Assembly: GCA_964016885.1 (NCBI GenBank)
Contig: OZ024755.1
Coordinates: forward strand, 38,502,001 to 38,566,000
DNA: 64,000 nucleotides
DNA from: Eledone cirrhosa
Taxonomy: Eukaryota
Direction of reading: 5' to 3'
Within the stretch, counting starts at the first letter, position 1. Each line of letters begins with the position of its first letter. The position numbers and the translations under genes were made by a program. The notes under the pieces are model-generated. The model saw only the letters and a list, made by a program, of their open reading frames with translations. It made no database searches and was not told the DNA's origin. This document shows, one piece after another, positions 30,641-41,718 of this stretch.

Positions 30641-31104
30641 TAAAGAGAAGTTTGGTATCCAGAAACTGGAATTAAGGTTCAATTCCTTTCTTTCCATCTG
30701 AATATATTGGAGGAAAGTGAAATAAAGTGTCTTGCTCAAGGGTACAATGCGCCACCAAGGATACAACGTGAGTCAAATACAATCCTAAGACACGCGACTT
30801 CACTGTAAAAAATTGATAAAATAAAAATAACTAAAATTATTGGGGCTTATGGAATATATTAAATACAAACTAGATTATAATGGAACAGTGAAGCTTATTA
30901 ATTAAAAGCTCTGAATAAAGGCAGGATGTTATTGTTTAAGGGTGACGAATAGTTATAGATTCTAGGAAAGATGAATTATGGTTGGCATGTTCAGGATAAA
31001 AAGAGTGAAGAAAGTAATGAGTGCTCTTATAAGAATCATGAGAAATATGGTAATATAGGAATCTAGATATAACCCTACAATAACAACATATGGCATAATG
31101 AATT

Positions 31105-31283
31105 AATTGTTTCTACTTTTGGCACAAGGCTAGCAATTATCCCAGTGTATTATTGGTACTTTATTTTATCGACCGCGGTAGGATGAAAGGCAAAGTTAAC
31201 CTCGGCGGGATTTGAACTCAGACTGTAAAGGGACGTAACTATGCTAGAAAGCATGGCGTCCAACTCTCTACCGATACTACCAA
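31105..31283 (-). mobile_element. tRNA-derived SINE
   Basis: Family match. Confidence 0.88.
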
Positions 31284-31379
31284 ATCATAGCCACTAATCC
31301 ACCACTGAAATAATGGTAATTTCATAGGGATGTTGAGAATGAGGTGTGAGAAAATTATATGGAAGTCACATGAAAATAT

Positions 31380-31592
31380 TGGTTTCTGATATAGCCACAA
31401 GGCCAACACTTTTGGGAAAAGGCAGAGTTGAGTAAATTGACCCCAGTGCATTACTGGTACTTTAGTTTATCGACCTCGTAAGAATGAAAGCCAAAGCTAA
31501 CCTCGGCAGGATTTGAACTCAGACTGTAAAGAGCCGTAACTTTATGCCATAAAGCAAGTTGTTTGACACTTCACAGATTCTACAACCAATCC
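31380..31592 (-). mobile_element. tRNA-derived SINE (longer, older subfamily)
   Basis: Family match with an extra TTTTGGG...GACCCCAG segment. Confidence 0.8.
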
Positions 31593-31767
31593 ACTATCAC
31601 GTGAAAATATTGCCAGGTAAATAGGTGAAATAATTATAGAAAATACACCTGTAAAATTCAGAAATATGTAAAGGAAGTATGTGGAAGAAATAATTCTAAA
31701 ATGCTGGAGAGTTCCATTTCAATGATAAAATGAAATATAGGTGTATGAGGAAAAGTAGAAAGGAAAG

Positions 31768-31887
31768 ATATTGAGGTAGATGTCAGTCAGGTGGTTCAGG
31801 TGTTATATTGAGGTAGATGTCAGTCAGGTGGTTCAGGTGTTATATTGAGGTAGATGTCAGTCAGGTGGTTCAGGTGTTATATTGAGG
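31768..31887. repeat. 37-bp tandem repeat x3
   Basis: Unit ATATTGAGGTAGATGTCAGTCAGGTGGTTCAGGTGTT. Confidence 0.95.
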
Positions 31888-31934
31888 AAGGTAGTGTTAG
31901 GAATGATTGCAGATAGCAGTAATTGAAGGAAATT

Positions 31935-32790
31935 GTATGATAGCCACTGTAGAATATATAATAGCCTTTGTAGAATGTGTGATAACCTTTATAGAATGTA
32001 TATTAACCTTTGTAGAATGTATGTTAACCTTTGTAGAATGTATGTTAACCTTTGTAGAATGTATGTTAATCTTTATAGAATGTATGTTAACCTTTGTAGA
32101 ATGTATGTTAACCTTTGTAGAATGTATGTTAACCTTTGTAGAATGTACGATAACCTTTGTAGAATGTATGATAGCCTTTGTAGAATGTATGATAACCTTT
32201 GTAGAATGTAGTTAGCCTTTTTAGAATGTATGATAGCCTTTATAGAATGTGTGATATCCTTTGTAGAATGTATGATAGCCTTTGTAGAATGTATGATAAC
32301 CTTTGTAGAATGTATGTTAGCCTTTGTAGAATGTATGATAGCCTTTGTAGAATCTGAGATAACCTTTGTACTTTGTAGAATGTATGATAGCGTTTGTAGA
32401 ATGTATGATAGCGTTTGAAGAATGTATGATAACCTTTGTAGAATGTATGATAGCGTTTGTAGAATGTATGATAGCGTTTGTAGAATGTATGATAGCTTTT
32501 GAAGAATGTATGATAGTCTTTGAAGAATGTATGATAGTCTTTGTAGAATGTATGATAGCATATGTAGAATGTACGATAACCTTTGTAGAATGTGTGATAA
32601 CCTTTGTAGAATGTATGATAGCCTTTGTAGAATGTATGATGGTCTTTGTAGAATGTATGTTAGCGTTTGTAGAATGTATGATAGCGTTTGTAGAATGTAT
32701 TTTAGTCTTTGTAGAATGTATGATAGCCTTTGTGGAATGTATGTTAGTCTTTGTAGAATGTATGATAGCCTTTGTGGAATGTATGTTAGT
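31935..32790. repeat. 21-bp minisatellite, ~40 copies
   Basis: Unit TTTGTAGAATGTATGATAGCC. Confidence 0.95.
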
Positions 32791-33158
32791 ACAGTAATTG
32801 TTGGAAGCAGGATTTCGAGGTATGTAGGTATAGATTTTCGTAAAAATTTAAGATGTGCAAAAGGTTTACATGAAGGTGAAAATTACATTAGCTAGCAAGG
32901 GTTGAGTGTGGATGACATTCTGTTAGACGTAAGGTTAGGAGTTAGAGTTAAAATATATTATAAAGAGTTATTATGAAAAGTCGCAAAAAACAAACCATCT
33001 TTTAGAATTCTGTTGAGTGTGTGCTAAACAGAGTCCACACGGCCCTCTAAGACCCACTTGGGCCCTCTCTCTATCTCTACTGTAAAACTAGGACCTTCTC
33101 TCTATCCCTACTGTGACTCTAAGATAATCTCCCTCATATCACAGTAACATTATCCATC

Positions 33159-33257
33159 GAGGTTAACTTTGCCTTTCATCCTTACGGGGTCGATAAAATA
33201 AAGTACCAGTAATGTACTGATTAATTGCTGGCCTTGTGCTAAAGGTAGAAACAATTA
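33159..33257 (+). mobile_element. 5'-truncated SINE
   Basis: Family core plus 3' end. Confidence 0.85.
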
Positions 33258-33326
33258 TCCTATCACATCCAATATTGCTCCCTTATATCACATTAGCAAC
33301 TTCAATCTTTCTAATTTCTCATTCTT

Positions 33327-33362
33327 GCTTCTAATGAAGGACTAGCATCCGAAACGTTAAGA
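33327..33362 (+). ncRNA. Degenerate family-I minimal hammerhead (CTAATGA core) in a short element ending in (CA)n
   Basis: Homologous to 53957-54075. Confidence 0.55.
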
Positions 33363-33440
33363 CCCTCTTCCTGCTATTTCAAGCGTTAAACTAATATATT
33401 CCTTCCATATACTGTACCGATTGTGTTATTTCTGTTTACC

Positions 33441-33565
<125 letters not shown>

Positions 33566-34064
33566 CACATACATACATGCACACACACGCACATTGACAT
33601 ACACAGGTACTTAAATTTCGTTGGGTTATGCACCTCAACTCATTCAGCCTGTTATAAAAACAAAGGTTAAATGTAATTTCTTTTGGAAAGAATATATAAG
33701 AGCTCATCAATGGCAGATAATTGCGGGAATAGCAATAAATAACCAAAATTATTAGCACTGGGTGATTGCTGGCCTTGTGCCTAAAGTAGAAACAATTATT
33801 AGATAGGTTAAAGGGAGGTAACTATCCTAAAACTAATGTCAAATGTAGGAAAATTTATGGTGAGTTAGTAATTCCAAAAAATCAAATTCATTGAAACACA
33901 CACACACACACACATATATAAATATACTGATTAACACATACAATTATTAATCATGCTACCTTACAAAAGTATAGGTTAACCAAAGTGTTTAAGATTGTCA
34001 CTGTTAGAACCTAAAGGCAGCTCTACTAATATAAAATTGAAGAATTTTCATTAAGAGCAGTAAC

Positions 34065-34104
<40 letters not shown>

Positions 34105-34106
<2 letters not shown>

Positions 34107-35063
34107 TCCTTCTTCCTCACTTTTCGTTGCTTCACCATCTTTGTTTGTTTACACTCTCGTGTCCCCTTTATTTACGTGTCCCAACGACTTTTTTTAGCCG
34201 TTGCTCGCACCAACCGGAGGTATATGGTCTTTAAAGCGATGAAATACCAATGATGGTTGAAAGATCACTGATGAAGGACTAACTTTATTCATGTGTAACC
34301 CATTAGCAACCACGCAGCACGTTTATTCTCATATATATATACGGTTAGCTATCCTCTTTGTTGTTATCTTGTCTCACTCACTTTACGCGTTTTAATTGTC
34401 CTAATAACTTAATTTAGTTATTATTGCACCGACGTGAGGTATATGATTTTTAATGCAATGAAATATCTATGATCGTCGGCAAATCACTGATGAGGGACTT
34501 ATTTTATTACATGTTATCCATGTGCAACCACCAGTATTCTTCTCCCCATTTTTTCACACATATTTACCTATACTGCGATTCTGTTTTTCTCTCTCTCTCT
34601 CTCTTGCTGCTCCCTCGCTCTCTCTGTTTCTCCTGCTTTCTTTCGCCCCCTCTGTCATGTCAGTTAACTCTTCCTCACACTTCCACTCACTCACTCACTG
34701 TTTCTCCTCTTCTCACTTCACCCCGTTCGCGACGAAATCATTTTCTCTCTCTCACATTTGAATTCGCTGCTGAAAGGTCTTTTTTCTAAGCGCTCATATA
34801 TTCACCTAGCTTATGCTAACAGAATAACTATGAAGCTTGTCTCCTTCGTTCTACGGTTAGCTATCCTCTTTGTTGTTATCTTGTCTCACTCGCTTTACGC
34901 GTTTTAATTGTCCTAATAACTTAATTTAGTTATTATTGCACCGACGTGAGGTATATGATTTTTAATGCAATGAAATATCTATGATCGTCGGCAAATCACT
35001 GATGAGGGACTTATTTTATTACATGTTATCCATGTGCAACCAGCAGTATTCTTCTCCCCATTT

Positions 35064-35070
<7 letters not shown>
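34105..35070. repeat. (TA)n-flanked element with ~217-bp direct repeats (34340-34557, 34852-35068) and a diverged third copy
   Basis: Near-identical ACGGTTAGCTATCCTCTTTG...TTCTCCCCATTTTTTCA blocks. Confidence 0.8.
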
Positions 35071-35126
<56 letters not shown>

Positions 35127-35132
<6 letters not shown>

Positions 35133-35277
35133 AATAAAATAACAAGGACGATTGGTTACTCCTTCATTACGTTTATTGGTTGGTGACGCGCGTTTCGCCA
35201 CTGATCAGCTCAAAGTTCGATCTGTATCGATCTATGCCGACTCTGTAATCCGCGGCTCGTTATTTTATTTCACTATA
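35127..35277 (-). mobile_element. Fold-back cassette with a core-truncated family-F hammerhead
   Basis: TAGTGAAATAAAATAAC/GTTATTTTATTTCACTA inverted repeat; minus strand ACGA-GC...GC-GAA-ACGCGCGT-C-ACC. Confidence 0.6.
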
Positions 35278-35679
35278 ATACACTCTGTCTAGCTCTACAC
35301 CTCGAAACTGAAGTGAACCTAAACATCGAGTGCTCACCCGGGTGAACCTACAGTAACTTCAAGTTACACTCCCTGCAAGGTTTTTGATATGAAATCGTTT
35401 GTTGAAACAAATATTTGTTATATTTGGAGAAGGCCATATTGTATTATTGCCAGAAATAATAAGAAAACACACTCACTGTTTGGTTTGGATTGGTTTTCGC
35501 TTCTGTATCTTTTATATCTCCATAGTTAATTTATTTGGCAATCAATGTTTATCATTGATTGATCAACGGTTAAAAATACAGATATAAATATATATATATA
35601 TAGTCTATCAAAGTGCTTTTGTCACACATCTGTGACACCATCAGTAGTACTATTATGTTTCCCCAGTTGTATTGTAATA

Positions 35680-35860
35680 CAGTAGGGCTAGTATTAAAAC
35701 TACTCTTAAGGGCTACATGTTTAAATTTAATGAGAAAATCTACACCCGGAATGAGGGATCAGCCATTGGCGTCAAGGTAGTTGGCAATGTTGCCAACCTA
35801 TTTATGGTATGGTGGGAAAGGAGACTCAGAGAACTCCTAGAAGAGAACTTCATAGCCCTA
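35680..35860 (+). pseudogene. Short PLE RT fragment (motif B' region)
   Basis: MFKFNEKIYTRNEGSAIGVKVVGNVANLFMVWWE resembles the PLE F.F..K.Y.Q..G..IG.......A.LFM pattern. Confidence 0.7.
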
Positions 35861-36157
35861 TATATATTTATAACCCTTATCGAGCCCTCTTCGGATTTTA
35901 GTCTTCACTTTTATTATTACTATATAAATATATATGCAGAGGTTATATTTAATTTGTTGGGATTCAACAAGCTTAAAACATTTTTATAACTGATATAAAG
36001 CACTCAACAGATTAGTGGAGTAAATATACAATATATTAATATATGGAAACTATATTTATAAAACCATAATTATTTTATTATATATATCCAGCGAATTTCA
36101 ACCACTGAGGTTGTCTTTTTTCCGGGTATGTCAATATTTATTTATAAAACAAATCTG

Positions 36158-36223
36158 TATTTTATCTGATGAAAGCGCACCATAATTTACCTTGGTTGCC
36201 CTTGAAATATATATAATAAAATA
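36158..36223 (+). ncRNA. Family-B hammerhead within a fold-back cassette (~35935-36270)
   Basis: TATTTTAT-CTGATGA-AAG...CTT-GAA-ATATATAT-A-ATAAAATA. Confidence 0.8.
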
Positions 36224-36261
36224 ATTATGGTTTTATAAATATAGTTTCCATCTATTAATAT

Positions 36262-36296
<35 letters not shown>

Positions 36297-36337
36297 ATGA
36301 TATTAATAAATGGAAACTATATTTATAAAACCATATT

Positions 36338-36398
36338 TATTTTATTATATATATTTCAAGGGTACCAACATTTTGGTACGCTCTCATCAGATAAAATA
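36338..36398 (-). ncRNA. Family-B hammerhead at the 3' end of the minus-strand PLE
   Basis: Minus strand TATTTTAT-CTGATGA-GAG CGTACCAA..TTGGTAC CCTT-GAA-ATATATAT-A-ATAAAATA. Confidence 0.8.
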
Positions 36399-36469
36399 CA
36401 AAATTTGCTTTATAAATGGTGACATACCCAAGAAACCAGACCTTATCGGTTCAGGTTCAGTTTGGATAT

Positions 36470-37885
36470 TGAAAGCAAAATTTCAAATCTTTAGGATGAA
36501 TATGTAAATGAGGTTGAAACGTAAGGCTGAATAAAGATCGTTATATTTAGACGCTAGGTAAATTTAAATAATTATTAGGATAATTTATAAGGGAAGAAGA
36601 AAAAAAGAGCCTAATATTAATATTAGGGTGTAAGAAAATTTAAGGAATGATTATAAGAAAAAATTATAATTAGAAATACACTATTATTATTAAGATAAAA
36701 TTCTGAGTTCAAATCCCGCCGAGGTTAACTTTGCCTTTCATCCTTACGGGGTCGATAAAATAAAGTACCAGTAATGTATTGGGTAATTTCTGGCCTTGTG
36801 CCAATAGTAGAAACAATTATTAAGATAAAATTGTATGGATCATATCAGTGATGGTGTAAAGAGAGTGATATAATTATATTTAATTATTTAATTATATAAT
36901 CATATATTTTGGTAGTATCTATAAAATAATATGAGAGTTAAAAATGTGTTGAAGAGGTAGAATACCAATTTAAAATTTTAAAAAATTGAGATATACAACC
37001 AATTATTGGATCTATTCAAATCATGAGTTATAATATTATATAGATAATATTTATAAGTATATTTTAAGGTTGTAAGTATATTTTAGTTTATTATATTACA
37101 ACGGATTATTTATATAAGTATTTATATAAATATTTTTGGTGAGTATATATGTTGTTATTTTCACTAGATAGATAGTTTAAATATTTTTAAATATTATTAT
37201 ATTATTATATATTATTATTATTAATTCTATTTATATTATGTGCTATGTTCATCGTAGTAGAGTAAGATAGTTTAATAGTGTGTCTGTTAAAAATAGAATG
37301 GTATCTATGGGATTTAGGAAAACACTTATATAATGCTTTGAAAAATAGGTTTGCTACAGGTATTTTAACGCTTAACGAGAATGGGGGAGAGTACCAAATA
37401 ATATTTCTAGTTCTAGTTCTTTTGTTTGATTTGTCATGTTATTATTATCTAAGCATTTAATTTTACTCATGTAGCCAGCTCTATGTAAAGCGTCATTGTA
37501 ATATTCTGCCTTATTATCAAAAATATTTTCATTAGCTGAAATCAGTGAAGTTCGTTGCTGGACACTATTGATAATAGAATGTCAATAGGATGGTTAGAAT
37601 GGAAGCTTATGTAGTTTAGGTTTTCATTAATTTTATGGAAAGGGTGATATAGACCTAAGCTAAGGTTTAAAGTTACATATAAGAAGTTAACAGTTTTATT
37701 ATTATTCTCGATTTCTAATTTAAGGTTGTAATTATTGAAAAATTCTATGATAGATTTCTTTTTTCTATTAAGTTCGCTATTGCTATGGCTTTCTAATATA
37801 AGTAACATATCGTTGCGATATAAACCTCCGGCAATCTCTAGCATTTTTCTATGTAGTACAATAAGAATAAATATTCCAACGAGGT
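36470..37885 (-). pseudogene. Degenerate Naiad-like PLE ORF (RT end, linker, eroded GIY-YIG), interrupted by a SINE
   Basis: NSAQVTDLVGIF; GGLYRNDMLL; VNFLYVTLNL..YHPFHK..SNHP; NIIWYSPPFSLSVK; IFNRHTIKLSYS. Confidence 0.85.
36702..36820 (+). mobile_element. 5'-truncated SINE with TSD
   Basis: TSD TATTAAGATAAAATT. Confidence 0.88.
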
Positions 37886-37902
37886 CTGTTACTTGAGCTG
37901 AG

Positions 37903-37974
<72 letters not shown>

Positions 37975-38792
37975 CTATATATATAAGTATTGAAGTTTCT
38001 GTTGAAAATTGAAAAAGTCAGAGGAATGAAGAGTGCTCTAAATATTTAATGTATAATAAACAATACAGTATAATTACCGCATTACCAGAGGTTTCCCGAA
38101 TGAGACGAATACAAGAAACGTCCGCATTCGTTCGCCAGGCAATTTAAAACATAGTGAAATATTTGAAAAATCTCCTCAACAAAGGCAAAAGTTTAACGGG
38201 CAAATAAAAAAAAAAAATAAAAGTAATAATACAAGAGATGTATAAAAAATAAAAATTAAGAAATATAGTAAGGGGATGTGTGTAAATGTGTGTATATGCA
38301 CATACATATGTACATATGTACATGTGTGTGTATGTACACATGCATGTGTATAGTGAAAAAATACGAGCGTATGTACATACATGAGGGCAAACATATTAGT
38401 GTATGTGGGACCACAAATACGTATATATATAGGTTGAAAAAGAAATTGTAAGATAATGGAGTTAGCGTACATACAGACTCAGGGACTAAGGGCTGATATA
38501 TATACACATACAAGGATGAAAGGATGCACGCGTATAAACATACACACTCGCGCAACCACATACATGTATGTGGTATATACAGGGAAGGGAGTGTATAAAG
38601 TCAACGCAGTGTCAGACGGAAGGTCAATATAAATATAAAAATATAAAATATAAATTAATGAAATAATATATAAGATAAGAATAAAAAATTAAAGCAAAGG
38701 GAAAGTAAGTGGGAGGGGTTGTAATATAGAAAAATAAATAAATAAAAAGTAGAAAACATGCATATATGCGAACAAGCTCATACACACATATA

Positions 38793-38923
38793 TCACCTTG
38801 ATCACCTTGACCGACAAGTCTGTCCGGCGTCCATTCAGCGCCGCTGGTCACAGCACGCCGTCCATTCCTCTCTGGATCGTGCTTTCCTCATCCATGTATT
38901 CGCAATCGTATTCTTAAAATCGT
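38793..38923 (-). mobile_element. RTE 3' end inserted in one PLE arm
   Basis: TWMRKARSREEW; (CAAGGTGAT)2 tail; TSD ~ACACACATATAT; absent from the other arm. Confidence 0.75.
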
Positions 38924-39289
38924 AACACACATATATATATATAAATATATATACACACAGACAAAAACACATGCACAAAAGCATACATACACATACACGC
39001 ATACATACATTCATATACACGCATACATACACACAATACACATATATATACATACATGCACATCTATTCACACGCACGCACGCACGCGACCACATATACA
39101 TATATATATAAATATATATATATACATGTAAAAACACGTATACGTAAACGCACACATACACACACACATTTACACATACACGCAGACATACGAATGCGTT
39201 CGTATACATATATCGGAGAAAATGAACTTATTTTTAGAAGATTTGAATTTTGAAATATCGTTAGAGTGTTTAGATTGAAAAGAGTTAGA

Positions 39290-40145
39290 GTATTCATCCC
39301 TAATATTAGTCGTAGGATCTCCACCCTCACTTCCCCAGAAGCTATTTTCAATAGGGCATCCCCCTACTATAATAAAGCCCTTCAAAGTGGGGAATTTAGT
39401 GAACCGATTAAGTACATACCCAACAATACTTTAAACATAATAATAGGAAAAGAAAAATAATCTGGCTCACCCCCCCCTACTCTTTAGCAGTTAAAACTAA
39501 TGTAGGCAAAACATTCCTAGAGCTCTTAGATAAACATTTCCCTAGAACACATAGATACTATAAGATCTTCAATAGAAACTGTGTCAAAATCAGCTACTCC
39601 TGCGGTCCCTCTATTAAATCTTATATCCTTAATAAGAAAACACCCAGAGAACATCAAAAGTGAAATGCCCATTACAAGGTAAATGCAACACCAAAGCCAT
39701 TGTATATGAGGCCAAAGTGACAACCACCAGCAACAACCTACCAGCCACCAGCGAACGATATGTGGGTATGACACATTCAAAACGCGAGACAAATTCAAGA
39801 CGCAAGACAAATTCAAAACGCGTTATTACTCACATGTCGCATCTTTCCGACATCCTGAAAAAAGATTTACAACAGCTCTGGCTAGCAGAATATGAGATTT
39901 GAAAGACCAAGGTATCCAATATAAATTGGATTGGTCAATTTTGAACCAATCTAAAGAATATGCAAGAGGAACAAGAAGATGCACACTCTGCATAAGTGAA
40001 AAAATATTGGATTTTACAGAACCTTAAATCACCAAAAACCTGACTAAATGCAAAAACAGAAATTTTCACCAGTTGCCCACATATGAAATCACACTTGCTT
40101 TCCAGCTCATATAAACTTAACCCACTTTCAGACACTTATCCTCCA
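39290..40145 (+). pseudogene. Naiad-like PLE thumb/linker plus GIY-YIG endonuclease
   Basis: IPNISRRIS; IIWLTPPYSLAVKTNVGKTFLELLDKHFP; IFNRNCVKISYSC; CPLQGKC..IVYEAKV..YVGMT; CTLCISEK; LNAKTEIFTSCPH. Confidence 0.92.
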
Positions 40146-41189
40146 TAAACTCTTGTTCTTCACTTTACTTAACTTACCTTCTTTACAGACTTCTCTTTCA
40201 GTTTCACTTAACTTTTATTTTTATTTTTATTTTTATTTTTATTTTTATTTTTACTTCACATCCACTATTTGATTTTTACTTCACATCCACTAGTGACCCC
40301 CCCCCCTTCTATTTGATTCACTTACTTTATATCTTAACAATTATAGATATTTTACTTCCCCCTTTCCTTTCACTACCAGATATCACATGTCACTTGTGTT
40401 TTTAACTCCAGATATTTTCCGTTGTCCCTCAGCCGCTTTTATGTATGTTTACTTGCGTATATTTTGTAACCATTTATTCATACGGCTGGTTTTTATATAT
40501 GTATGTATGCGTATGTGTGCATGTATGTGTATACATGTTTGTACATGTATACGAACGCATTAGTATGTGTGCGTGTATGTGTAAATGTGTGTGTGTATGT
40601 GTGCGTTTATGTATACGTGTTTTTACATGTATATATATATATTTATATATATATATATATGGTCGCGTGCGTGTGAATAAATGTGCATGTATGTATATAT
40701 ATGTGTATTGTGTGTATGTATGCGTGTATATGTATGTATGCGTGTATATGTATGCATGCGTGTATGTGTATGTATGCTTTTGTGCATGCGTTTTTGTCTG
40801 TATGTATATATATTTATATATATGTGTGTATGAGCTTGTTCGCATATATGCATGTTTTCTACTTTTTATTTATTTAGTTTTTCTAGTGTTACTTTCTATA
40901 TTACAACCCCTCCCACTTACTTTCCCTTTGCTTTAATTTTTTATTCTTATCTTATATATTATTTCATTAATTTATATTTTATATTTTTATATTTATATTG
41001 ACCTTCCGTCTGACACTGCGTTGACTTTATACACTCCCTTCCCTGTATATATCACATACATGTATGTGGTTGCGCGTGTGTGTGTGTTTATACGCGTGCG
41101 TCCTTTCATCCTTGTATGTGTATATATATCAGCCCTTAGTCCCCGAGTCTGTATGTACGCTAACTCCATTATCTTACAATTTCTTTTTC

Positions 41190-41242
<53 letters not shown>

Positions 41243-41512
41243 GTATTTGTGGTCACACACACTAATATGTTTGCCCTCATGTATGTACTTACGCTCACAT
41301 TTTTTCACTATCACATGCATTTGTACATACACACACATGTACATATGTACATTTGTAAGTGCATATACACACATTTGCACACATCCCCTTACTATATTTC
41401 TTAATTTTTATTTTTTATACATCTCTTGTATTATTACTTTTATTTATCTTTTTTTGTCCATTAAACTTTTGCCTTTCTTGAGGAGATTTTTCAAATATTT
41501 CACTATGTTTTA

Positions 41513-41591
41513 AATTGCCTTGTCTGACGAACGAATGCGGACGTTTCTTGTATTCGTATTATTCGGGAAAACCTCTGGTTATGAGGTAATT
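41513..41591 (+). ncRNA. Type I hammerhead, family E, in the PLE pseudo-LTR (degenerate mirror at 38072-38145)
   Basis: AATTGCCTTG(T)-CTGACGA-A CGAAT...ATTCG G-GAA-AACC TCT GGTT-A-TGAGGTAATT. Confidence 0.7.
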
Positions 41592-41671
41592 ATACTGTAA
41601 TGTTTATTATACATTAAATATTTATATATATAAATTACACAATAATCAAAGCTATGTTCAAATCATTTTAT

Positions 41672-41718
41672 TGATGACAATTGTTTCTTCCAAACTATCG
41701 TTTGGAATCATCGGAGCA
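41672..41718 (-). ncRNA. Family-C hammerhead-like motif with CCGATGA core
   Basis: Minus strand TGCT-CCGATGA-TTCCAAAC GATA GTTTGGAA-GAA-ACAATTGT-C-ATCA. Confidence 0.65.

Larger units (their letters stand above)
37980..41625 (+). mobile_element. PLE with ~1-kb inverted pseudo-LTRs (38040-39210 vs 40545-41623) between (TA)n runs
   Basis: Long reverse-complement identity flanking a 5'-truncated ORF; an HHR in each arm. Confidence 0.9.
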
